This document shows, in pieces, positions 53,190-64,000 of a stretch of DNA of 64,000 bases (position 1 is the first letter of the stretch; each line of letters starts with the position of its first letter). Source of the stretch: Rebecca billardiae RCC1528 (Eukaryota > Protista > Haptophyta); the NCBI GenBank assembly GCA_965240325.2, contig OZ251237.1, positions 1,612,001-1,676,000 on the forward strand, written 5' to 3'. Position numbers and translations under genes: made by a program. The notes below the pieces were generated by a model. That model worked only from the letters and a program-made list of their open reading frames with translations. It searched no databases and was not told the DNA's origin.

Positions 53190-54470
53190 CTAGAGGAGGC
53201 CGAGCTTGAGCGGGTTGCCCCACGCGGCTTTGCGCTTGGCGCCGCCGTCGGCGCTGGGCGGCGCCGCCGCCTTGCCGCCGTCGCCGCCGGCCCCAACCCC
53301 CCTGCCGGCCGCGCTGCCGTTGGGCGCGGCGGCGCCCGCCGCGCCGCCGGCCGGCGGCGGCGCGGCGGCGGCGGCGCCGCTGCCGGGCGCGCGGCCGGCG
53401 GCGGCGCCCCGCGAGCCGTCGGCCGGCTCGGCGAGCGCGACGTACCCGCCCTTGAGCGGGTCGCCCGACTGCGCGCGCGCCGCCGCCTCGCGCGCCTCCC
53501 GCGCGCGCGCCCGCTCCGCCGGCTCGATGTCCGGGTCGGAGGCGTCGGCGTCGTCGCCGCCCAGCACGCCATGGTGGCCGTCGTCCGAGGAGGCGAGCAG
53601 CACGAGCCCGGCGATGGTGAGGACGACGCCCGCGGCGAAGCCGGCGAAGTAGCGCCCGGCGAAGTGGTCGAACTCGCGGTAGAACGTGCCGCCCGCCGTC
53701 ACCGTCAGGATGATCAGCAGCGACTCGTACAGCGGCACGGCGTACGAGACGGGCGAGCGCACGAGGCAGCTGTTGAGCAGCGCCAGCTGCAGCGGCGCGA
53801 GCACGAGGATCGCCAGCAGCGAGAGCGCGCAGTGCGGGCGGAAGAGCTGGCCCGGGGCGGCGTCGGCGATCGCGACGCGCATCGCCAGCGCGAGCACCTT
53901 GAGGAAGTTGAGCGAGAGCGCGCCGCACGACGCCGCCGCGTACGCCAGGAAGGGCACGACCGCGCGCGCGTGCACGTACCCGTGGCCTAGGATCCAGATC
54001 GCGACGACGATCGAGATGGCGGCGGCGGAGAGCGAGCCGAAGACGACAAAGTCGGTGTTGGTGAGCAGCTCGTACACGTTCTCCTCCGTCACGTCCGCCG
54101 TCGAGTGCGGCCCGAACGCCGACACCAGCCCGACGCCGACGATGATGACGCCGATCGACGCCCAGCGCAGCGCCGCGACCGCCTCCGCAAACGCGATCGC
54201 GCCGTGCTGCGCGAGCAGCGTGGAGAAGACGATGGTGAGCCCGGCGAACGGGCCGATGAGCGAGAGCGGCGCGAGCGCGAGCGCCACCGTGTCGCACACC
54301 GTCGCGTTCACCACGAGGAAGACGAAGCCGAGCGCCCAGCGCTTGCGCGCGAGGAAGGGCAGGTGCGCCTCGAGCTGCGTGGAGGACTTCATCAGCACGA
54401 GGCCGGTGGCGGAGCAGAAGCAGCCGACCACGATGCAGCCGAGGCCGATCAGCCACGCGAAGCTGCCCAT
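53190..54470 (-). CDS. NIPA-family magnesium transporter (DMT superfamily)
   Basis: About 9 TM segments; GLVLMK, WALG, ALALAPLSLIGPF, FGP, LQL.LLN, AVPLY, GGTFYREF. Confidence 0.88.
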   Translation of the reverse strand: MGSFAWLIGLGCIVVGCFCSATGLVLMKSSTQLEAHLPFLARKRWALGFVFLVVNATVCDTVALALAPLSLIGPFAGLTIVFSTLLAQHGAIAFAEAVAALRWASIGVIIVGVGLVSAFGPHSTADVTEENVYELLTNTDFVVFGSLSAAAISIVVAIWILGHGYVHARAVVPFLAYAAASCGALSLNFLKVLALAMRVAIADAAPGQLFRPHCALSLLAILVLAPLQLALLNSCLVRSPVSYAVPLYESLLIILTVTAGGTFYREFDHFAGRYFAGFAAGVVLTIAGLVLLASSDDGHHGVLGGDDADASDPDIEPAERARAREAREAAARAQSGDPLKGGYVALAEPADGSRGAAAGRAPGSGAAAAAPPPAGGAAGAAAPNGSAAGRGVGAGGDGGKAAAPPSADGGAKRKAAWGNPLKLGLL

Positions 54471-54889
54471 GCCGCGCGCACGCGCGCGCCGCCGCGCCTC
54501 GGGGGCAGCCGCGGCCGCAGTTGGGCGAGGACGACGCTTCCTTTCCGGCCGCCGCTGCGAAGGCTGCGAGCTGCCGCCCCAACCCAGGCGCAGGATTTTT
54601 TTGTTTGAGCTGGCCTGACGCTGATGAGAAGGCGCGCGATGGACGCCGCGGGGTCGCATCATTATCGGCACGAGCTTCGTCGATCGAGCGCGCGAACAAT
54701 AGTTGATGAATACGGCCGAAGCCTCGGCAATACTGGAGGCGGGTACCCCCACGATTCCACGAATAAGACTTGGAAGGCATTCGTCAAGGTGTAGTGCGCG
54801 ATGGCCGCGCCGATCCGCGGTTAGGTGAATCCACGTGCGCGCGCGGCGAGCATGCACACGCCACGCGGCACGTGTGCTCCGCGCGTGCC

Positions 54890-56423
54890 TCAGCCGGACA
54901 GCATCAGGTTCATCCCCGCGAACAGCGTGTCGCCGCCCTGCTTCCGCTGCGTCACCCACGCCTGCTTGATCACGCCGTCCGACGCGAGGTTGAACTTGTT
55001 TGCGCTGCGGCACGGCCAGCGCCGAGCGCAGCGCACGCGGCACACGCGTCCGGGCGCGCGCGGGGCCGCGGTCAGGCGGCGGCGCGTGCGCGCGCCTTCT
55101 CGCGCGGCGCGCCCCTCGCGCGCGCGCACCGCAGGTCGAGCGAGCGGATCGACGAGTTGGCCTTGGCGGTGCGCACGATCGGCGTGACGGACGCGTCCGT
55201 CGCGCCCACGCGCCGCAGCGAGAGCGTCTTGAGCGCCGTGGCGGGGTTGGCGATGATCGCCTCGAGGATGGCGGCGACGCCCTCGTCGCGCAGCGTGTTC
55301 TGCGCGAGCGTGAGCTCGGACAGCGGCGCGCTCTTCAGCAGCTGCGCGATCTCGAGCGCGCCGTCCGTGCCTGCGGGCGCGCGGCGCGCGCGGGCGAGTC
55401 GAGTGTCGCGGCGCGGGCGCCGGCTCAGCGCGGCGGCGGGCAGGGGGGCGCGGCGGCGGGCGGCGGGCGTCGGGCGCGCGGACCAAAGTCGTTGTCGTCG
55501 AGGTTGAGCACGCGCACGCTGCGCGTCTTCGCCAGCGCCCTCGCGAGCATCTGCACGCCCTCGTCGCCCATGGCCACGCCTCGCATCGAGACGATCGTGA
55601 TGGCGCGGTTCTGCCCCACCAGCCGCGAGATTGCGGCGAGATCGGCGAGGGAGAGGCGCACCTCCTCGAGGCGCGCCTGCGGGGCGGACGCGGGGCGGGG
55701 GCGCGCGCGCGAGGCGCCGGACGGCGGCGCGCTGGGTGCCACGGCCTTCGCCCGCGCCGCGCTGTGCGCTGGTGTGCCGCGCGGGACCGCGCAGCGGCGC
55801 GTGGCGCTCGGCGCGCGCGGCGCGCGCGGCGCGCGCGGCGCGCGTGGCGCGCGTGGTGCGCGTGGCGCGCGCCTCCTGCCCCGTGCTCAGCTCCCGGCAG
55901 TCCATGTCCGCGCGCTCGCCGCTCAGGTTGAGGAAGCGCGGGCTGCCCGTGAAGATGACCGCGTCGGCCAGCGCCTCCGCGCCGCCCACGCCCAGCCTGC
56001 GCGCGGCGCCGCGGCGCGGCGGGGCGCGCCGTGCGGATCAGAGGCGGCGCCGCGCGCGCGGAGGCGGAGGCGGCGACGCGCGCGCGGCGCACGCGGCGCG
56101 CGGCGCAGCGGCGCCGACGGCGGCGGCGCGGCTGCGCCGAGAGGTGGCGAGGCGCGCGCGCGCGCGGCGGCGGCGGCGGCGCACCTGTCGTTGCGCGCCA
56201 GCTCCAGCCTCTCGACGGACGCGGCGGAGGCGGAGCGCAGCGCAGAGCTGATCGAGCGCGCGCCGCCGTCGCCCAGCCCGCAGCCGCGCAGTGACAACAG
56301 GCGGATCGTCTGCGCGCCGCCCGAGCGACGGCCCCACCCGCCGCCGCCGCCGCCGCCGCCGCCGGCGGCGGCGGCTGGCTGGCCCGCGGCGGCGGCGGCA
56401 GCGGCGACGAGGTCGAGCATCGA

Positions 56424-56483
<60 letters not shown>

Positions 56484-59400
56484 TGGCTTCTTGCCGCCGG
56501 GCAGCGGCGGCTTGGCCGCGCCCGCGGCCGGCCTGGCGCCGCCGCCGCCGCCCTCCGCCGCCGCCGGCGGCGCGGCGCTCGGCGGCGGCGCGGGCGTGAG
56601 CAGCGGCCACAGCGCGGCCGCGCCCGCGTCCCCGATCTCGTTGTCGTCGAGGGTGAGCGAGCTGACGGCGCGCTTGTCCGCGAGCACGCGCGCGACGATG
56701 AGCGCGCCCGGCGCGCCGCCCGCCTTGCCTGCGCGCGGCGCAGCGCGCGGGGCGAGGCGGGCCGCAGCGAGCGCTCAGCGCACCGCGCACCGCGCGCCGC
56801 GCCGCGCCGCGGGCTCAAGGCGTGCGCACGCGCGCGCGGAGGGTGGGGGCGGGGCGCACGGCGCAGCAGCGGCGGCGCAGACGGGGGCGGAGGGGCTGCG
56901 CGCGCGGAGAGGAGGAGGAGGCCGGGCGGCGTGGGCGCGGCGCGGGCGGCACCAGAACGGCACACTGCGCGAGCGCAGCAGCGGCGGCGGCAGCAGCCAG
57001 CGGCCGCCGCCCTTGGGCCGCGAGTGCGCTGTGCGCTGTGCGCTGTGCGCTGTGTGTGTGCGTGTGCTGTGCGTGTGTGTGCCTGCGCGCATGCGCGGCC
57101 TCACCCTTTGGCACGAGGATGGCTGCCGCGTCCTTGGTGCCCCTCTTCAGCGCGCCCACGTCCAGCTCGCCGCCCGCCGGCAGCTCGAGCGCGCCGAGCG
57201 AGGCGCTGCCGATGCACGCCTCCGCCAGCGCGGCCGCGCCGCGCATGTCCAGCTGCACGCCGGGCAGCTTGAGCGTGCGCAGGTTGCCTGCGCGCACGCG
57301 CGCGCGCGCGGCCCAGCGCCGCATGAGCGCGCCGCGCCGCATGCCGCGCGCGGTCCAGTCCGGTGCGCTCCGGTGCGCTCCGGTGCGGTGCTCGCGTGTG
57401 CTCGCGGCGCGCGCTGCGGCGCTGCCGCGTGCGCGCACGCGCTGCCGGCAGCTTCTCGCCGAGGAACTCGAGGCCGCGGTGCCCGATGGCGGAGGCGCCG
57501 ATGCTGAGGCTCGTCAGGCTCGTGTTCGCCGAGAGGAAGCTGGGAGGCGGTGGGAGGCGGGGCGCGCGCGGCACGCACACACACCGCCAGCAGGGCGGCA
57601 GGGCAGCAGCGCGTCAGCAGCCGGCGGGCGCGCGCGCGCTCGCCGCAGCGCCGCGGCGCGCGCAGCCGGCGCGGGCGGGCGGGCGCGCGCGCGGGCGCGG
57701 GCGCGCACCGGCCGATCACGATGGCGTCGTAGTCGTCGAGCTGCGGGCTCGCGGACTCGCCGCCGCCCGCGTCCGCGCGGCGCATCAGGATCGACTTGCG
57801 CCGCGCGCCGCTGCCGCCGTCCGCGCGCTTGCCGCCCAGCCCGGGCAGCCTCAGCCCACGGCCCGCCCCGGCCGCGCCGCCGCCGCGCTTGGCCCCGCCG
57901 AGCTCGACGATCTCGGCGCCGCCGCGCAGCTCGGAGATGGGCAACACCACGCCTGGCGGCAGCAAGCACGGCGCGCGCGTCACGATGGCAGCGCGCGTCG
58001 CCCACCGGCCGCGGCGGAGGGCGCGCGGTGTGAGCGGCGCGCGCAGAGGCGGGGCCGCGCGCAGCACAGCCCAGCGCGCACACACCGCGCATGTTGAAGG
58101 CGACGACCGTCTTGGTCTTCTGCACGCCCAGCGCGAGCGCGAGCACGCCCGCGTGCGCGAACGCGTTGCCCTGCGCGGCGCACGGCACACGCGGCACGCA
58201 CGCACGCACACAGCGGGCGGCGCGTGGGCGACGGTGGGCGGCGTGTGCCACGCGCCCTGCAGCGCGCGCCCTGCTGCGCCCACTGCTGCGCCCACCTGCA
58301 TCTCGAGCGTCTCCATGCGCGTGGTGGGCAGCATCAGCCCCACCGCCTTGGCGCCCTTGTCGCCCACGCGGTTGGCGGCGAGGCTGAGCATGCGCACGCC
58401 CCTGTGCTCGCGCAGCCCCTCCGCCACCGCCTCCGCGCCCGCGTCGCCGATGTTGTTGTCCTCGAGGTTGAGCGCCTCGAGCACAGCGTTGGCCTGTGCG
58501 CGGGCAGCGGGAGAGAGGGGGCGTCGGCTGAGCCGCGCACACACACTCAGCACACAGCGCACAGCACGCAGCGCACAGCAGGCAGCGCACACCTGGATGA
58601 GCGGCCGCAGCGCGCCCGCGTGCCCGTCGACGAGCTTGCGCCCGCCGAGCTCGAGCGTGCTCTGCGTGAGCGCGTCGCGCACCACCACCGTCTCCCCCTC
58701 CGCGCCGCCCGCGCGCACGCCGTGCGGCTGCCGCCCCTGCCGGCCCAGCACTGCGAAGAAGATGCGCGCGGTGGGCGCCGCGATGTCGCCGTCGCGCAGC
58801 TCCCAGACCACGCCGTCCTGCGCGGCGCTCGTGGAGGTGTTGAGCTCGCCCAGCGGCTCGGGGCCGCGGAGCAGCTTGAGCGACTTGTTGCGCGCCAGCG
58901 CCTCGCACAGCGTGTCGAGCGCCGTGCCCTGCACGCGCGCACGCACGCGCGCGCGGTGCGGTGCGGTGCGGTGCGCGGCCGCTGAGCTGCCGCCGAGCGC
59001 GCGCGCCGTGCACGGCGGCGCCACGCCCCAGCCGCGCGCAGCGGCCCTCGGCGCGCGGCGTGTGCGGCGGCGCACGGCGTGCCCACGGTGCGCGGTGCGC
59101 GCACGTGCGGGATGAAGCCGAGCGTCATCGCCTCCACCTCCTCGCCCGCCAGCTCTGCGACGGGCAGCCCGCCCCCCAGCGAGACGAGGTAGCGCACCGG
59201 GTCCATGTTGGCCTTGTACGCGCCGTAGACGACGTGCAGGCACAGCATCAGGATGGAGGAGGAGAGCGAGACGGTGAGCGCGTACGGGTTGACCTGCGGG
59301 AGGGGGGCGGGGGGCGGCGACGCGCGCACGCGCTCAGCCGCCGCGTGAGCGCGTGCGTGCGTGCGCGTGCGTGCGCGTGCGCGTGCGCGCGTGCGTGTGC

Positions 59401-60433
59401 GTGCGCGCGTGCGTGCGCGTACGCGGAAGTCGTTGCCCGTGTAGTGCGTGTACGACTGCTCGGCGAAGATGTACGTCTGCAGCAGCACCTGCGGGAACGC
59501 CTCGCACACCGACTCGTACGCGATGCGCGTCGCGTTGTACCTGCAGCCGGCAGCGCCGCATATCGCACGGAGGGGGCAGGGGGCGGGCGCGCGCTCAGCC
59601 AGGCGCGGCACCACGGGGAGCGGTGTGCCGGCGGCGCACGCGGCCGCACGGCCGCCGTGCGCCGCGCCTCACCACGTGAAGAAGGCGTGCAGCTGCCCGA
59701 AGCGCTTGCGGTCCAGCGGCAGCTCGTTGCCGTTGAGGACGCGCACCGCCAGGCCTACGTCCAGCGCAAACACGCCTGCGCGTGCGCACGGGGGCGGGCG
59801 GGGGTGAGCGGCGCGAAGGGCCGCGGCGCCTCTCCGTCGCCGCGTGCGCTGTGCCGTGCGCTGTGCGTGCGCGGTGCGTGCGCACCAAAGGGCCCGGTGA
59901 GGATGAGCGCCATCAGCAAGCCGCGCCCCGCCTGGCCCGTCGTCGCGGTGAGCGCCGTGCGCACAAAGTAGAAGGAGGCGACCTGCGGGCAGCCGAGGGC
60001 GGGCGGCGGAGAGCGCGGCCGCGCCGCGCGCGCGCGCGCAGCACGCGCCTGAGCGCGCGGCCCAGGGGCGAGGCCGCGCGAGGCCGCGCTCTCCGCCGCC
60101 CGCCGCGCGGCCGCGCGGTGCGCGCGCGCGGCGCGCGCGCACGGTGGTGACGGCGTACTGCGTGGCGATGAACATCATGGAGAAGGTGGCCCACCACGGG
60201 TGCCCCGCCGCGAACAGCTGGTTGATCAGGTACAGGTCCAGCCCGATGTCCGCCACGAAGATGAAGGCCGACCCCACGTCGCTCAGCCACATGAAGTTGC
60301 TCACCAGCCGCACGGTCGCGCGCTTGGTGCGCGCGAGGCGCGAGTTGTCGATCTGCGCCCGGGCGGACGGGCGGGGAGGGGGAGCCACGCGGCAGGCCGG
60401 GCGCGCACGCAGCTCAGCCGCGGCGCGTCGCGC

Positions 60434-60467
<34 letters not shown>

Positions 60468-60808
60468 GGGCGCCGCCGCCGCCGCATGCCGGCGCGCTCG
60501 CGCCGCGCGCGCGCCGCGCGCACCTCGACCTGGTTGGCGTAGACGCTCTCGATGCGCGCGAGCTCCTCATCCTGCTCCTCCGCCTCCTCCCCCTGCCGCA
60601 CGAACTCGGCGTACCGCTGGCGCGTGCTCGAGAGGAGCCCCTTCACGCCCTTCGCCTGCTGCTTCACGCCCGCCCACGCGGCGCCGCCGCCCGCGCGCCT
60701 GGCGGGCTGGCCGTCGCTCGGCTCGGCGCCGTCGACGAGCGGCGTGCCGTCGGCGGGCTGGCCCTTCGGGGCGAGCATCGTGCGCATGCTGCGCATCTGC
60801 GCGCTCAT
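54890..60808 (-). CDS. Multi-exon XK-related membrane domain + RI-like leucine-rich-repeat protein
   Basis: Phase-consistent exons: 60524-60808, 60143-60352, 59886-59982, 59673-59775, 59423-59540, 59105-59293, 58593-58928, 58296-58493, 58086-58170, 57709-57952, 57439-57539, 57105-57287, (56953-56964), 56185-56728, 55873-55996, 55484-55676, 55130-55370, 54890-55004. Motifs ADIGLDLYL, ESVCEAFPQVLLQTY, LNLEDNNIGDAGA. Confidence 0.8.
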
Positions 60809-62102
60809 GGTGCCTCGCGCGCCGCGGTGATTGGCCCGCGGGGCTGCGGGGCTGCGCGCGCCAAATAGAATGTCGGGCACGCCCGAGCGAGCTCCCGCGG
60901 GCGAAAAGAAAGTCTCGCAGAGTCGCTGGAGAGCTGGCTAGGGCGGCGCAGCGCTGACCAAGGCGCGGCGCGACTGCGCTCAGCTTTCGCACGATGGCGG
61001 TGTTCCGTGCGTGCGAGCCGCCTCACTGCAAGCGGCTGGCGGCGAGCACCGCGCGGGCGCGGCCGACCTGCGCTGAGCGCACCTGCCGCCGACCCCGGCG
61101 CGCGCGCTCGCCGAGAGGAGCGCGCGCGCTCACCGCCGCTCTGGGCCCGGAGCCGAGCGTGTGAGCGCTCCAGGGTCAACGGGCGCGAGGGGAGGGCAAC
61201 AAGGAGGGGCGCGCGCAACGCGGCGCGGCTCGGCCGCCTGGGGCCTCCGCGCGCTTGGCGCGCTGAGGCTGAGTCACTCCGGCGAGCCCCCCGCCCGTCT
61301 GAGCTGTGCGCGCTGCTCCGCTGCCAATGCGCTGCCCGGGCGCACTGTGACTGAGACTGCCGCGCGGACATAATGCGGCGCCGGCTGCCTGCGGGCTGGC
61401 GGGCTGGCGCTGCTGCGCAGCGTGCTCGGCCAGGCTAGTCGCACTCGGGCCGACCGTCCTCCACGCGCGCCCTCCGCCGGCGCCATGCTGCGGCCGCACG
61501 CACCGCCGCGTGGTCGCAACGGCCGCCGCCACCGAGCCGCCCCGCGGCACCGCCCGGCGCTCCGGACGCTGACGTGTTGGTGCGCCGCGCACGCGTGCGC
61601 GGGGCAGCAGCTCGGTCGGATCGGCACGTGCAATGGCGCATCGTGCCGGGCGAGGCGACCAAGTGGCCCGCCGCGCACGCGCTCTCTGTCTCTCCCGCGC
61701 GCGCGCGCGCCGTGTCGCCCGCGGCCCGGGCAGCTCCGCGGGCACGGGGCAGCGCGTGCTGATAGTGCTTGGCTGCAGCCCGCGCGGCGTGGTGCGGAGG
61801 CGCTGCGGCGGGCACATCCACGCATCGTCGAGGACTGCATGGTACGCCGGTGGCTCTCGCCCGCCGGGCTCGAGCCACACGCGCGGCAGGCACTGACCAC
61901 GGTGGGGCTACCGGACTGCGCTCACTTTGGTCCGCCGAAGCTTCTGCGGATGCTCCTGACCCTCAATCAGCAATCGCCGACGCCGCCGCCGGTTTGAGCC
62001 CTGTTTCGTCAAGCGTAGCCCACAAAAGTTTCCGACGGCGACAGGTTCCTCCGTCAAACCCATACAGGAGCGCGCGTGGCCGTGGGCGGCACGCTGCCGC
62101 CG

Positions 62103-64000
62103 ATGGCGTGGAATGACGGGTCGCCGAGCGCGCAGCTGACCGAGCCGCTCTTCCCGCCAGTCGACAAGCCGCGCGCCGCTGGCGCGCCAGGCCGCGCTGG
62201 CCGCCGCGCGGCCGAGCGCGGCGGCGACGCGCGGCGGCGCGGCCTGGGCGGCGGCGGCGGCGGCGGCGACACCTTCATCGCGCGCGGGCGCACGCGCGAG
62301 GAGGAGGAGGCGCTGAGGGTCGAGTCGCTCCTCGCGCGCGCCGGCGCGCCCGACGCCTCCGCGCCCTTCGCCCTGCGCCTCGCCGAGCCGCTCGAGTGCG
62401 TGTGCGGCGCGGTGGAGCGGCTCTGGGCTGCGCTGCTGCGGTGCGTGCTGGGCGCGCGCTGGCGGATGACGCGGCACGGGCCCGGGCGGGGCGGCGAGCT
62501 GCAGCTGCGCTCGGCGCAGCTCCCCCGGCAGCTCGTCGTCGAGTCCGACGTGCGTCCGGGCAGCCGCTTCGCCGACCACTTCGCGCTGCGCGAGCTGCTG
62601 GGCGTGGGCGCGTCCTCGCGCGTGCACCGCGCGCGCAGGCTGGTGGGCGGCCGGCGGGTGCGCGGCGAGGGCGGCGTGTTCGCCGCGAAGGTGGTCTCGA
62701 AGGCGCGCCTCGGCATCGACGCGCGCTCGCGCGCCGCCGCCCTCCGCCAGGTCCACGCCGAGCTCGACGCGCTGAGCGCGTGCGCGGGCCACCCGTGCGT
62801 GCTGGCGCTGGCGTGTGCGTTCGAGGGGCGCATGCAGATTGTGATCGTGCTGGAGCACTGCGCGGGCGGCGAGCTGTTCGACTTCTTGGTGGCGCAGGGC
62901 GCGCTCACCGAGGCCGACTGCGCGTGCATCCTCGCGCAGGTCTGCGCCGCCCTTTGCCACGTGCACGCGTGCGGCTACATGCACCGCGACGTGAAGCCGG
63001 GTGAGTGAGGGGCACGCGCACGCACCCGCTGCTGCCGCGGCTGCTGGCGCGGCTGCTGCTGGCGCGGCTGCGTGCTGGGGGCGCGGGCGGAAGCGCGCGC
63101 GGCGGCGTCGTGCGCCCAGCCGCGCCGCACCCCCGCTGAGCGCGCCCGCCCCCCATCCCCCTCCGCCCGCATGCGCGCCCGCGCCCCCGCCCGCGCCCCT
63201 GCCGCCTGCTGCTGCGCTGCGCTGCGGCCCGCACGCCGATGGCGGCGCGACCTCCGCCGGCGTGGCGGCGCGCGCGTGGCGCAGAGAATATCCTGCTCTC
63301 GGCGCCCGGCCAGCTCGGCTCGCTCAAGCTCGCCGACTTTGGCTACGCGCGCGCGCTGCCCCGCGCCGCGCGAGCGCCGCCGCGCGAGCACGAGGGTGCG
63401 GCGCACGCGCGCGCACCGCCCGCGCCCGCGCCCGCGCGCTCGGAGGCGCAGCGGCCGCAGCGGCCGCGAGAAGCGCGCGAGGAGCCCGCGCCGAGCGGTG
63501 GCGGCGGCGCGGCGGCGGCGCGGGCGGGCTCGGCCGAGCCACGCGACGCGTCGGCCGCCGCTGCCGCGCGCGCTCGGCACACGGCAGCGCTGGCGCACAG
63601 CGCGGCGCAGCGGCCGGCGCGCGCGCGCACGGGCGACGGCTGCGCGGACGCGGCGGCGGGCGGCGGCGGCGGCGGCGGCGGGGTGCGGACGGCAGGCGGT
63701 GGGTCAGCGGCGCACACGCCGCCGTCGCCGCGCTCGACGGCGCCCGCCTCGCCCGCCGCCTGCGCGCAGGCGCGCCCGTCCGCGCGCGCCGCCGCGCGCG
63801 CCGAGCGCGCGCGCGCGGCGGCGGGCGCGGCGTCGGCGGCCACCGGCGCGGCCGAGGCGGCGGCGGGCGGCGTGGCGAGGCGTGGCGCGGCGGCGGCGGG
63901 CGGCGCGAAGCCCAACGGTACGCTCGCGGCGCGCGCCGCGCTGGAGGCGGCCGCGGCGGCGCTCTGCGGCGACGGCGACGGCGACTGGTCGGGCGGCGGC
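62103..64000 (+). CDS. Ser/Thr protein kinase (CAMK-like), partial, intron-containing
   Basis: LGVGASSRV, FAAKVV, HPCV, LEHCAGGELFD, HRDVKP|ENIL joined across GT-AG intron 63001-63284, then KLADFG. Downstream structure unresolved. Confidence 0.85.

Noticed and set aside
60900-62050. Coding gene between the XK-LRR and kinase genes
   Set aside because: ORFs in all frames lack recognisable motifs; treated as a divergent intergenic region.

Overview
Very GC-rich eukaryotic (intron-containing, probably algal/protist; haptophyte-like is an inference) chromosomal DNA, not prokaryotic. The left ~51 kb is dominated by nine closely related, intronless F-box + RCC1/BLIP-II beta-propeller genes plus one divergent F-box/RCC1 paralogue. 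Their scaffold is nearly invariant, while short loop positions are hypervariable and are shared between copies in a patchwork, which suggests a recombination-diversified receptor/substrate-adaptor array. The array is interleaved with nested mobile DNA. Two copies of a ~2.4-kb TIR element (ends GTAGGGGGTCCAT) carry an unknown ORF. Copy 1 holds a young Ty1/Copia element with identical 474-bp LTRs, a CTTAC TSD, a captured MYND-like finger and a deleted integrase core. Copy 2 holds a tyrosine-recombinase (DIRS/Ngaro-like) retrotransposon with unusual short inverted/hairpin termini. Several foldback/MITE-like elements and (TA)n tracts are also present. Ordinary host genes: a CIA30-domain protein, an ankyrin/polyQ protein, a GT47 exostosin-like glycosyltransferase, a NIPA-type Mg transporter, an 18-exon XK-like membrane + LRR gene, and a Ser/Thr kinase running off the right end. 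All calls are by-eye motif and sequence comparisons; no database searches were run.
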